DNA of 63,996 nt, the filler included, from Nanobdellati archaeon (GTDB lineage: Archaea; Nanobdellota; Nanobdellia; Woesearchaeales; JAADFO01), in NCBI GenBank assembly GCA_013152815.1. It is 4 parts of 4 records of this genome, joined end to end, with 100 filler letters (N's around TTAATTAATTAA, not from the genome) between each part and the next. Parts side by side here need not be neighbours in the genome. Positions count along the whole stretch, not along the records: positions 1 to 30,397 come from JAADFO010000024.1; positions 30,498 to 55,404 come from JAADFO010000027.1; 2 more parts are not named here. One strand, 5' to 3'. Shown here piece after piece: positions 26,233-36,007 of this stretch (its first letter is position 1; every line of letters begins with the position of its first letter). The translations under genes and the position numbers were made by a program. The notes beneath the pieces are model-generated. The model was not told the origin of the DNA, did no database searches, and saw nothing but the letters and a program-made list of their open reading frames with translations.

Positions 26233-27822
26233 ATGATTGCTCATTTTGATATTAACTCTGGCCACGGCGGAGCAGCCCCTGCTATCCTGAACGGAAAATC
26301 CGACAAGGTCAAGAAAGACCTCACTGCCGGATTACAGAATTCTGTGAACTACATCGGATCTGTCCTTGAGGATACAGTCAAATCCAACAAGAAGCACATC
26401 GGGAAAAATCCCTCTTCTCTTCGTGCAAAGACCCAGGCCATGCATCAGTCCCTCTATGGCAGACGGCCCATGAAGGACGGCAAGACCATCGGCAGGAACT
26501 ACGAGCAGCGGCAGGAGTCCTTCGGGAAGATCAACGGACGCATCCTTGCGACCGGTGTCCCCATTGTGCGTGGCCATGAGAACAGCACGGTCACCTATCC
26601 GAGCAACGGCAACATCAACAACTATTCTTTGCAGGACCTGGGCTCGTTCCTCACCGATATGGAACAGCGTGTCCGACAGTATCATCAGGCACACCCGAAA
26701 GATAAGGTCATCCTTGCCGACTATCGACAGCTCGGCGACTATTTCCAAGACCTGCAGAATCCATCGATCCATAAGCTCGATGCTGTCCAGGACAGAGACC
26801 TCGTCAGCATGATCCAGAAAGCCCTGGACAACCAGGATCCGGTCAGAGGAACTTTCACCCAGGAAGAGATCAGGAAGATCACCGACCGTATGAAAGAGAA
26901 AGGCTATCAGCAGGCGGTCATCGGCCTCACCTCTGTCTCTGACAAGGACGACGAGTTAGTCCCGACCGTCCTTCGGTTCTACGCCGACGAGGACGAGCCT
27001 GCGGTTGAGCCCATCATCGTCACCGACACGGTCGAGGTCCCTGCTCCGGAAAGCCCTTCAAGAGTCTCCCTCGACGATCTTTCGCAGACCGATAACGGCA
27101 TCTACGCCGGCGGGTTCAGAGACTATCAACACTTCTCTGAGCGAGGGAGGTTCGACGCAAACGGGTTCTTCGGCCTTGCTGGTCTTGCCACCAAATACGG
27201 CAAGGATCATGGCATCAACCTTCTGATCAACGGCCAGGCAGAGGTCAGGCTGGCCGACTATACGACGACGGTCAACGACAAGGAGGTCGGCCATCGGGCG
27301 ACTCGTTTTATCGAAGGGAAGATCGGCGGCGGCGTGCAAGCGAAACGATTCCGTCTCGAGGCAGGTCTCACCGCCATGGACGGCGATGAAGATTTCGATT
27401 ACAACGGCCTGGTGAAGCGCGAGATCAAAAGCTCAGAGTTCGGACAATACGTCGAACTTGCCTATCTTCTCGGCGACGGCACCAAGATCGCGCTCAATCT
27501 CCAGAAGAACGACGGGAAGACCGATGTCCTCGCCAAGGGAAAGACCATCGCTTCCCAGGAGATCGAGACCAACTCATGGGAACTCTACGGAACCCACTAT
27601 TTCGGCGACATCAAGGTAACACCCAGCGTCAAGAAGACCTGGTCACAGGACAAGGAGGGCAAGAACCTGGAGGACGTCCGGGTCGACTTCGGCCTCGAGG
27701 CCCTGTTCAACAACGTCATCTGGAACGACGTGCAGCTTCTCCTCGGCGGCGATTACTTCTACATCAAGGACCACGATCGGAGAGGCTATACGATCAAAGC
27801 AGGGGTCGGCTTCGGCTTTTAG
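26233..27822 (+). CDS. Hypothetical protein with predicted C-terminal amphipathic beta-barrel
   Basis: GGTGA SD before ATG 26233; C-terminal ~240 aa of alternating strands ending GYTIKAGVGFGF. Confidence 0.75.
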   Translation: MIAHFDINSGHGGAAPAILNGKSDKVKKDLTAGLQNSVNYIGSVLEDTVKSNKKHIGKNPSSLRAKTQAMHQSLYGRRPMKDGKTIGRNYEQRQESFGKINGRILATGVPIVRGHENSTVTYPSNGNINNYSLQDLGSFLTDMEQRVRQYHQAHPKDKVILADYRQLGDYFQDLQNPSIHKLDAVQDRDLVSMIQKALDNQDPVRGTFTQEEIRKITDRMKEKGYQQAVIGLTSVSDKDDELVPTVLRFYADEDEPAVEPIIVTDTVEVPAPESPSRVSLDDLSQTDNGIYAGGFRDYQHFSERGRFDANGFFGLAGLATKYGKDHGINLLINGQAEVRLADYTTTVNDKEVGHRATRFIEGKIGGGVQAKRFRLEAGLTAMDGDEDFDYNGLVKREIKSSEFGQYVELAYLLGDGTKIALNLQKNDGKTDVLAKGKTIASQEIETNSWELYGTHYFGDIKVTPSVKKTWSQDKEGKNLEDVRVDFGLEALFNNVIWNDVQLLLGGDYFYIKDHDRRGYTIKAGVGFGF

Positions 27823-27835
27823 GAGGAACACAAAA

Positions 27836-30397
27836 ATGAAGAATAACGCAATCATCTGGACGGCATTCATCGTGCTCATGGCAATGCTGACATCGTTCTC
27901 TGCATTCGCAGCTCAGTCAGGCGGCGACGGGGTCGTGCATATCACCCCTGACTATCCTACCGAAGACCAGACGCTTACCTGCTCCATCGATGGCATCGGA
28001 TCCTATGACCCTGATGGCTATCTCTACAACTGGTATCTCAACGACGAATTCGATGACCGGTACTCTGACTACGGCATGGAAACCTATCCTGCTTCTCAGA
28101 CAAGCATCGGCGACGTCATCCGCTGTGAGGTCTTCATGCCAGACGTGCTGCCCCCCTATCTTCCTGTCCCTATCTCTGACGACTATGTCGACAGTGTCAC
28201 CATCCAGAACCGTGCTCCTTCCCTGACGCTCAAGAGCCCTGCCGACGGTTCGACCAACCAGGACCTCTCCCTGGTGCTCTCCTGGGACGGCAACGATCCT
28301 GACGGCGACACCCTGTCCTATGATGTCTATTTCGGGACCAGTTCCAGCCCCCCAAAAGTGGCGAGCGGCATCGCTGCCGAAAGCTACCAGGTCAGCGGCC
28401 TTTCCTATTCCACCACCTATCATTGGAAGATCATTGTCAAAGACACCCATGGCGCATCCACCACCAGCGACCGTTGGGACTTCATCACAAAGGACAAGCC
28501 GGTCCCTCCAAGCGTGACCATCAATTCCCCATCTGAAGGTTCTGTCTTCAATGCACAGGACGTGAAGATGGAATACCTCATCAGCCAGGGAGGGACCATC
28601 TACATCTATGACGGTTCTTCCAATGTGTATACGACCGGCAATAATGCCGGCAGCTATGATTATACCTATACGGGTCTTTCTCGCGGTCCCCATACGTTGA
28701 AAGTGAAGGTCGAGAACAGCAATGGCCAGGACACGGATTCAGTGAATATCCGTATCAATAAGTATCCTGTCCTGGATCCCATCGGCAGCAGGTCGGTGCA
28801 GGAGGAGAGTACGCTTTCTTTTGGTGTCTCTGGTAGTGATCCTGATGGTGATGCTGCTTTTCTGCGTATGGTCTTCCTTCTGGCGCTTCTTTTTCGGGTC
28901 AGTCGTTTTTGTGGACGCCGAAGGATGGTCAGGATGGTGTGTATTATGTGACTTTTACAATCACCGATGTGTATGGTTTGTCTGATAGTGAGAAGGTCAA
29001 GATCACGGTCACGGATAAGCCTCCTGCTCCCACTGTCACTATACAATCTCCTGAGGAGAATGATGTCTTCAACACCCATGATGTGCTGATGCACTATTAT
29101 ATGGATCAGGGAGCGACCGTCCGGATCTATGACGGTTCTTCCAATGTGTATACGACCGGCAATAATGCCGGCAGCTATGATTATACCTACACTGATCTGT
29201 CCTATGGCTGGCACACGCTGAAGGTTGCTATCGATAATGATAATGGTCAGGACAGCGATGATGTAAAGATCAGGATAAACGCTCCGCCTGTCCTGGATCC
29301 CATCGGCAGCAGGTCGGTGCAGGAGGAGAGTACGCTTTCTTTTGGTGTCTCTGGTAGTGATCCTGATGGTGATGCTGTTTCTGCTTCGGGTCTTCCTTCT
29401 GGCGCTTCTTTTTCGGGTCAGTCGTTTTCGTGGACTCCGAAGGATGGTCAGGATGGTGTGTATTATGTGACGTTCAAGATCACCGATGTGTATGGTTTGT
29501 CTGATAGTGAGAAGGTCAAGATCACGGTGACCGACAAGCCGGTCCATGACCTCCGTGCAGGCAGCATCGTCTATCCCAACACCAAGACCGAGGGGGATAC
29601 CCTCTCCTGGTCCACCAAGATATATAATGAAGGCAATCGGGACGAGTCGAGCACTGTCCGTTTCTATGTGGACGGTGCAGAACAGGCTTCCTGTCGGCGT
29701 TCATTCTCTGATCTTGCTCCCCTTTCCCAGACAGGGACCTATTCCTGTTCCTATGTCGCCAAGACCGAAGGGACCTACACGCTCAAAGCGAGCGTCGACG
29801 TCGTCTCCGGCGAGACCGATACGGCCGACAACAGTTGGCAACACGATACGTTGGTCACGAACAATGCTCCTTCGGCGACCGCAGACGCGAACCCCAAATC
29901 AGGCTACGAACCGCTGGATGTCAGCTTCACCTGTTCTGCCACCGGCGGCAACAAGCCCTATTCCTATTCCTGGGACTTCGGTGACGGCGCTTCCAGCTCC
30001 AGCCAGAACCCGTCCCATACCTATGCCGTCAAAGGACAGTATCATGCAGAGTGCACGGTGACCGATACCGACGGGGATGCTGATAGCGACGGTGGCAACA
30101 TCGATGTCCTCCGTGACTACAAGCCGTCTGTGGTCGCTGATGCTGATCCAAAATCTGGATACGCGCCTCTTGATGTGCAGTTTACCTGTACCGGCACGGG
30201 CGGTGATGCGCCCCTATCATATGGGTGGACCTTTGGCGATGGCACTTCATCCGATTCACAGAATCCGGTGCATACCTATCTTTCTCCCGGTCAGTATGTT
30301 GCTACTTGTACGGTGACTGATAATGATGGCGATACAGACACAGATGGTGGTGATATCAATGTCTATGAGGATCTGAAGCCGTCTGTGGTCGCTGATG
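27836..30397 (+). CDS. Large secreted Ig/FN3/CARDB/PKD repeat surface protein; frameshift near 28860 and truncated by contig end
   Basis: Signal peptide; DPDGD Ig/cadherin-like repeats; YSWDFGDG and YGWTFGDG PKD motifs; ORFs 27836..28951 and 28909.. are one gene by repeat alignment. Confidence 0.85.
28604..29540 (+). repeat. Intragenic tandem duplication with 521-nt period
   Basis: Near-identical blocks start at 28604/29125 and at 28766/29287. Confidence 0.9.
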
Positions 30398-30497
30398 NNN
30401 NNNNNNNNNNNNNNNNNNNNNNNNNNNNNNNNNNNNNNNNNTTAATTAATTAANNNNNNNNNNNNNNNNNNNNNNNNNNNNNNNNNNNNNNNNNNNN
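30398..30497. other. Artificial contig spacer
   Basis: N-run, TTAATTAATTAA (stops in all six frames), N-run; 100 nt. Confidence 0.98.
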
Positions 30498-30654
30498 TTT
30501 TTCATCTTTTGTCCTGATTACTTTCTGCTTCCTGATTTCATCACCACTCGATGAAGGAAACTATCATTTACTATTATATCATAGAAAAGCATTTATACTA
30601 TGTTCTTTCCTGCTCTTTTCAAGTGTTAAAATATCAACGGAAAGAGGGGGTAAC

Positions 30655-33600
30655 ATGTTAACAATAAAATCGTTAGTTCTCGTGTTAGTGATATTTCTCG
30701 TCACTATCTCTGGCGCTTCTGCAGCGACACTGTATGTTGATGATAATAATGTCTGCGGCGGGAACACACCTTGCACAACGTCTATCCAAAGTGCCATCAA
30801 CACCGCTGTGGCAGGGGACACAATCTTCATCTATGATGGCACATACCCTGAGCATCTTGTCATCTCCAAGTCTCTCACCCTGACAGGTGAAAGTGAAGCA
30901 GGAGTCATCATTGACTCAAATGCAGCCACTACCTATGGTATCTCTGTTACCGCCGATGATGTGGTGCTGAAGCGATTCACCCATATCGGGCCTTCCACAA
31001 GCTCAGGCAGATACGGTCTGAAAATTAGCGGCTCGACCAATGTGAATGTTTATGAGGTAACTGTGAAAAACACATATCGCACAGGCGTCGACCTCAATGG
31101 TGTTACCAACGCTCTATTGCAAGATATCACCTCCATCAACAACAATGGTAACGGTATCTCTGTTTCAGACTCTCATCATATCACCCTCTCTAACATCTAT
31201 GTATCCGGGAATGCCTGGGGAGGAATAGCTCTTTACTCCTGTGGTAACTTCTATCCTGGCGGTACCGATGACGTCACCATCACGGGTACAAACACTTTTG
31301 GGACAAATGGACCGAATGCAGGACTCTATACTGAAGAGGGATGTGAACAGTTCCTGCCACAGTCCCTTGCTTATCATGTCACCAATGTACATCTCCAGCC
31401 AACTGATTTCAACTACAAGCTCAAGGGAACGGTAGATACGAATGGTCCGACTGACTTCACTTGGTATTATTTAACTTTGAGCGAAGCGAACAGTGCCAAT
31501 CCCACTCACCTGCTTGGCAACAGGGTCGTGACACCTCTTGTCTCTGCACCTCAGACGAGCGGACCCGGTGCCAACATCGGAATCGGCATGACTACCGAGG
31601 ACTTTGTACCACGGATCTGGATGTGCGATAATAGGATACTCTACCACAACAGCGCCGACAACGGCACCAAGCTCGTTGAACGGGTCGAGAATTACGCTTT
31701 CGAAGGAGAGCAGATTTCATGGGATGCTCTGGTGCTGGACAAGAACGGCATCGAGAAGATCAAAGATGTCTACATGGCCCTGGACGGGGCCATCGAGGCC
31801 AACTGCAGACTTCGCACAGATGTAACGAAGAACGGCTGTTATGGAGCTCCTGAAAACGATGCCTGTACACATTATGACGCGAATCAATGCACAACCATCG
31901 ACGGATGCAACCTGGCATGCGACAGGTATGTTGATGTGAATACCGGAAGGAACTGCGATGGCAACACTCCTTGCCATCCCTCTGTCCAATCAGCAGTCGA
32001 TGCGGCGAGCAATGCTGAGACCATCTGCGTCTATGACGGGAGTTATGACGAAAATGTTAATATCAACAAAGGGATCACCCTGCAATCGATCTCTGGTGCA
32101 GCATCAACCACCATCTCCAGCAATGGAGGGACAGTCGTGACGATAAGTTCAGATGATGTTGTGATTGATGGATTCACCCTGACCAATGGCCAAAATGCCG
32201 GGATGGGCATCTATGCTCAGGACCATAGTGACCTAACCATAAAAAACAACGTCATCACCCAAATAGGAAACAGCCAGGATGATGTGACCGGCAGAGGGAT
32301 TGTCGTCGTCTCGACTTCATCGGCTGTAGATGCCATCAAGATAGTCCACAACCAGATCAGTGATATCACCTCTGGGCTAAAAACCGGAAGCAGCAGCACC
32401 AGTTCGGCAGGCATATCTATCGGGTGGACCTCAGGAACCCAGGATATCACTCATCTGCAAATCAGCTGCAATACCATCTATGACATAAAGGCGGATACAA
32501 GTCCATGGAGCACTACCAAAGGCCAGGGGGCCTACGGCATCCTGATAAATCATGGGACCCAGGGTGGTCAGACGATAGGCGCACAGATTTACAAAAACCA
32601 TATTCGGGACTTGGAAGGTCTGTGGGCTCATGGGATAGGCCTTGAGGGCGATACACCTGACGCTGTCGTCAACCTCAATGAAGTAAGCGATTTGACTGAC
32701 CACAAAAGCCCAAGCGATGCCGTTGCCGTCCAGTTCGAGGATAATCCGTCTGCTGGCACCGTCGATGTCAGCCAGAACAATTTCCTGAATAATGATGTCG
32801 GAATCCAAAATACCGTTAGCGGAACAACGGTGCATGCAGAGAACAATTACTGGGGCTGCTCAGCCGGACCGAGCAACTCAGGATGTGCCGGAATAAGCGG
32901 GGTCGGATCTGTTGATTATACCCCCTGGAGCCCATCAGCGATAGACATCCCCCCCTGTAACTCCGCTCCAACACCCATCTGTGAAGGAACACCTTCTTCG
33001 TGTCAGCTGATTGATGATCGGGATAAATGTGACACAGAGACCCCTGGTTGCCGTTGGCTATCGCCCGATATCTGCAACGCAAGGATTGACGAAGAGGCGC
33101 TCACTGATTTCAACCCGGATACCATGGCATGGTATGGGTGTCTCTTCACGGTCGAGACCCCCAACAGCATGTCCGGTGAGCATTGGGTGACTCTCAGCGT
33201 TGAAGACCTTGGAGGCTTGCTCGGTGTCGCGGATGAGAAGGAGTACTGGTTCCTCAACCCGACTGTCTCGGTGACGGTCAGCGGAAGCGTCGACTTCGGC
33301 ATCGTCCGGCCAGGCACCAACAGCTACTCTGACACGCTGCTCATCGAGAACACGGCAGAATTTGGTTCTGGCGTGCTTCTGGACATGGCCATCTCGGGGT
33401 CGGACTTCTATGACCCGACCTCCAGCGGCGCCAAGTGTCCGACCAGCAACGTCCTGAAGCTGGACCGGTTCGCCTACTATGCCACCAATGGAGCGCACAA
33501 GACCAACATCGGTGTAGCAGGAAGGACCAATATCGTCGGGCAGAGCAGTGACGAGGGATACTTCGGCATCCCCTACGAGGTCGCTGACCCGGATATGCGA

Positions 33601-33774
33601 GCTCCCATCATCGAGCAGGATGGCAAGATGACGCTCAACGGCAAGGAGTTCTGGGCCGGTAACGTGCTGTCTCCTGGCGCTGAGATCGCCCTGACCTTCA
33701 GGCTGGCTCTTCCCGAGCCCTGCAACGGCAACTTCAATGATGGGTCATTGTACTTCTGGGGGACAGCCATCTAG
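30655..33774 (+). CDS. Secreted protein with two right-handed beta-helix (pectin-lyase-like) domains and a C-terminal beta-sandwich scaffold
   Basis: Signal peptide; SIQSAINTA..GDTIFIYDGTY and SVQSAVDAA...YDGSYDENV caps; AENNYWG. Confidence 0.85.
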   Translation: MLTIKSLVLVLVIFLVTISGASAATLYVDDNNVCGGNTPCTTSIQSAINTAVAGDTIFIYDGTYPEHLVISKSLTLTGESEAGVIIDSNAATTYGISVTADDVVLKRFTHIGPSTSSGRYGLKISGSTNVNVYEVTVKNTYRTGVDLNGVTNALLQDITSINNNGNGISVSDSHHITLSNIYVSGNAWGGIALYSCGNFYPGGTDDVTITGTNTFGTNGPNAGLYTEEGCEQFLPQSLAYHVTNVHLQPTDFNYKLKGTVDTNGPTDFTWYYLTLSEANSANPTHLLGNRVVTPLVSAPQTSGPGANIGIGMTTEDFVPRIWMCDNRILYHNSADNGTKLVERVENYAFEGEQISWDALVLDKNGIEKIKDVYMALDGAIEANCRLRTDVTKNGCYGAPENDACTHYDANQCTTIDGCNLACDRYVDVNTGRNCDGNTPCHPSVQSAVDAASNAETICVYDGSYDENVNINKGITLQSISGAASTTISSNGGTVVTISSDDVVIDGFTLTNGQNAGMGIYAQDHSDLTIKNNVITQIGNSQDDVTGRGIVVVSTSSAVDAIKIVHNQISDITSGLKTGSSSTSSAGISIGWTSGTQDITHLQISCNTIYDIKADTSPWSTTKGQGAYGILINHGTQGGQTIGAQIYKNHIRDLEGLWAHGIGLEGDTPDAVVNLNEVSDLTDHKSPSDAVAVQFEDNPSAGTVDVSQNNFLNNDVGIQNTVSGTTVHAENNYWGCSAGPSNSGCAGISGVGSVDYTPWSPSAIDIPPCNSAPTPICEGTPSSCQLIDDRDKCDTETPGCRWLSPDICNARIDEEALTDFNPDTMAWYGCLFTVETPNSMSGEHWVTLSVEDLGGLLGVADEKEYWFLNPTVSVTVSGSVDFGIVRPGTNSYSDTLLIENTAEFGSGVLLDMAISGSDFYDPTSSGAKCPTSNVLKLDRFAYYATNGAHKTNIGVAGRTNIVGQSSDEGYFGIPYEVADPDMRAPIIEQDGKMTLNGKEFWAGNVLSPGAEIALTFRLALPEPCNGNFNDGSLYFWGTAI

Positions 33775-33827
33775 ACACTATTTTCTTTTTCTTTTTTTTC
33801 TGTAGATAGAAGAAGAACTGGAACGGA

Positions 33828-34484
33828 TCATATCTCGAAGATCTTCCCTTTCCTGCCTACATTGAGGACCCTTGTCGTACCGATCTTCTCCTCGATGCCC
33901 TCTGCCTCATGGACATGGGAACAGAGCAGGATGTCGGGCTTGAACTGCTCGATGGCCTTCTTCACGCCTGACGAGCCCGGGACGAACTGTGAGAACTTCT
34001 CCATCAGGGAATCTGAAGGGTGCACATGGGTGACCATGATGCGCTTGTCGAGATATTTGATGCGGTTGAAGCCTTCCTTGAGCAGGCCATAGATCTCCTC
34101 TTCGGGGATCTGGTTGATGCCGATGTTCGCTCCTCCGGCCCCGAAGATGCCCACATCCTTATACTTGACTGAATAGCCATGGATGTTCTTCACCCCGTAC
34201 ACTTCAGCGAGAAAATCTGCAGTCGCGACGCTCTCGTGGTTGCCCGGGATGAGCAGGACCTTCTTCTTTTTCTTCACGAACGGGCCGATGATGTTATCGG
34301 TGCTCTGTTCCATCATGGTGAGGTCGCCGCAGAGGATGACCAAATCAACATCTTCCCGCTCTGCCTGGTCTGCAAGGTCCTGGGCGAGCTCGGCGTCGCC
34401 ATGGATGTCTCCTGACGCGAGAATTCTCAGTTTCTTGTGATGCTCTTTCCTGTCGAGCTTTTTCACGAGCGGGCTCTTTTCCAT
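33828..34484 (-). CDS. Calcineurin-like metallophosphoesterase
   Basis: DIH, GD, GNHE, THVHP, SHVHE. Confidence 0.92.
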   Translation of the reverse strand: MEKSPLVKKLDRKEHHKKLRILASGDIHGDAELAQDLADQAEREDVDLVILCGDLTMMEQSTDNIIGPFVKKKKKVLLIPGNHESVATADFLAEVYGVKNIHGYSVKYKDVGIFGAGGANIGINQIPEEEIYGLLKEGFNRIKYLDKRIMVTHVHPSDSLMEKFSQFVPGSSGVKKAIEQFKPDILLCSHVHEAEGIEEKIGTTRVLNVGRKGKIFEI

Positions 34485-34485
34485 C

Positions 34486-35058
34486 CTACCGCTCCACGAT
34501 CTTCTCGTTCTCTTGGGTGAGGTCGATGAGGATGGACGGGCTCGCTCTCTTCTCTCCTTCGTAGATGATGAACGAGATCTTCTTCCGGATGGCCGGGTCG
34601 AGGGTCTCGAGCGAGGTCATGTGGTCCTCGCCCATGGGATTCGCAGAGGTGGTGACCACGGGGATTCCCAGTGCTGCGATGTGCGACGTAAACCAATGGT
34701 CAGGGATCCTGACGCCGATGGTCTTGAGGCCGGCATTGGTCTCTTCGGCGATTCCATTGCTGTTCTTCAGGCGCATGATGAGCGTGTAGGGTCCAGGGAG
34801 CTTACTGATCCATTGCTGTTCGTTCTTGTCTCCCTTGATCTGGTCGAGTATCCATCGCTTTGAAGGGGCGATGACCGAGAAAGGTCGTTTGTACCTGTTC
34901 TTCACCTCTCTCAGGCGTCTGACCGCGTCATCCGAGGTGGCATCGCATCCGATGCCATAGATGGTGTCTGTCGGATAGATGAACAACGCGCCCTCTTTGA
35001 TGAGCTGTCCATAATGGTCCTTCCGCATCTCGAACTCTTCCTTTGTGAGGACATCCAT
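34486..35058 (-). CDS. tsaC: L-threonylcarbamoyladenylate synthase (YrdC/Sua5)
   Basis: YPTDTIYGIGC, KNR, PGPYT, GVRIP, TTSAN. Confidence 0.93.
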   Translation of the reverse strand: MDVLTKEEFEMRKDHYGQLIKEGALFIYPTDTIYGIGCDATSDDAVRRLREVKNRYKRPFSVIAPSKRWILDQIKGDKNEQQWISKLPGPYTLIMRLKNSNGIAEETNAGLKTIGVRIPDHWFTSHIAALGIPVVTTSANPMGEDHMTSLETLDPAIRKKISFIIYEGEKRASPSILIDLTQENEKIVER

Positions 35059-35160
35059 GGAGAAAGGCTAAGCGATGTCGCTTTTTAAAGATTTTGTCAT
35101 GGGTCATCCATGAAACACGACGCGGTGAGACCGTCCGTCGCTAGAAAAGAAAGAAAAAAA

Positions 35161-35280
35161 TCAGGCCAGGTTCCTGAGGGATTCCTCCCTCGTCTGCTGC
35201 TGGAAACCGAAGAGGTCGATTGCCTCGATACGGTCCTGGTATTCCTCCCAGCCCATCCATCTCTTCTTTGTGAAAAGCAT
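35161..35280 (-). CDS. Micro-protein C, 39 aa (not in ORF track)
   Basis: MLFTKKRWMGWEEYQDRIEAIDLFGFQQQTREESLRNLA*; GGAGGTGA SD upstream; T-rich tract after stop. Confidence 0.7.
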   Translation of the reverse strand: MLFTKKRWMGWEEYQDRIEAIDLFGFQQQTREESLRNLA

Positions 35281-35296
35281 CAGTGCACTCACCTCC

Positions 35297-35437
35297 TCAT
35301 GCGCTCAGATAGCCCACCATGAACCCTTCTTCCCAGGGGGCGATCTCTCCGTTGTCTGCCGAGCCTTCGACACCGTCCACCGTGTAGATGTCCTGGTCGT
35401 TCATGTCCTCTGCAAGCTCCTCTTCGTCATACCACAT
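35297..35437 (-). CDS. Acidic micro-protein B, 46 aa (not in ORF track)
   Basis: MWYDEEELAEDMNDQDIYTVDGVEGSADNGEIAPWEEGFMVGYLSA*; GAGGTGA SD upstream. Confidence 0.75.
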   Translation of the reverse strand: MWYDEEELAEDMNDQDIYTVDGVEGSADNGEIAPWEEGFMVGYLSA

Positions 35438-35443
35438 CGGGCT

Positions 35444-35518
35444 TCACCTCGTTACACTCAGCTCCTTGATCTGCTGGAAAAACAGCATCTGTATCGTCTC
35501 ATGGGTCAGGTCTATCAT
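35444..35518 (-). CDS. Micro-protein A, 24 aa (not in ORF track)
   Basis: MIDLTHETIQMLFFQQIKELSVTR*; GAGGTGA SD upstream; its stop lies inside the next SD. Confidence 0.6.
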   Translation of the reverse strand: MIDLTHETIQMLFFQQIKELSVTR

Positions 35519-35726
35519 CTGCATCACCTCGTGACTGTCATCGTTTACGCTTGCTCTTCAACACGATTGAAGCCCCAAAGGGGCCTCGGAGGGAAAAAAG
35601 AGCGAGGATGGAGAGGGGGTGTGGAAATGCTCTCGCCTCGGCTCTGCTCCTATTGATGGCAGAAGTCCTTTAAATACCTCATTCGAGCATGTCCAGTGGG
35701 GAGTGGACTTCTTCGCTGGGACATCC

Positions 35727-36002
35727 TTAGAGGTTGAAATCCTCGATGAAGTTCAGGATGTCCTGATAACGCTCAAGAAAACGGAATCCCTGGTCGGTCA
35801 GCGTGATGAACCGCCTGCCTTTCTGGTCATGGATCTCCTTGACAAAACCCTTCTCCATGATCTCCCTGAGATACTCGTTGAAGCGTTGGGAGGACAGGTT
35901 GGAGAAGCGGAGCAGAGGCGTCGGCCTTATAGTATTGTTCCTGTCCTGGATGACCTTGAGGATGTCATGGATCACCTCAAGCCGGTCTCGTTTCTTCGCC
36001 AT
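35727..36002 (-). CDS. Small winged-helix regulator (COG3432/HTH_45-like), paralog of 1619..1891
   Basis: MAKKRDRLEVIHDIL...RPTPLLRFSNLS...ITLTDQG; true start at 36002. Confidence 0.85.
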   Translation of the reverse strand: MAKKRDRLEVIHDILKVIQDRNNTIRPTPLLRFSNLSSQRFNEYLREIMEKGFVKEIHDQKGRRFITLTDQGFRFLERYQDILNFIEDFNL

Positions 36003-36007
36003 TTTTT

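Noticed and set aside
28604..29540. Diversity-generating retroelement TR/VR pair
   Set aside because: Differences between copies are not adenine-specific, both copies are coding modules, and no reverse transcriptase is present
30442..30453. TTAATTAATTAA palindrome repeated three times in the window
   Set aside because: Always centred in N-runs of identical length; an artificial six-frame-stop contig linker
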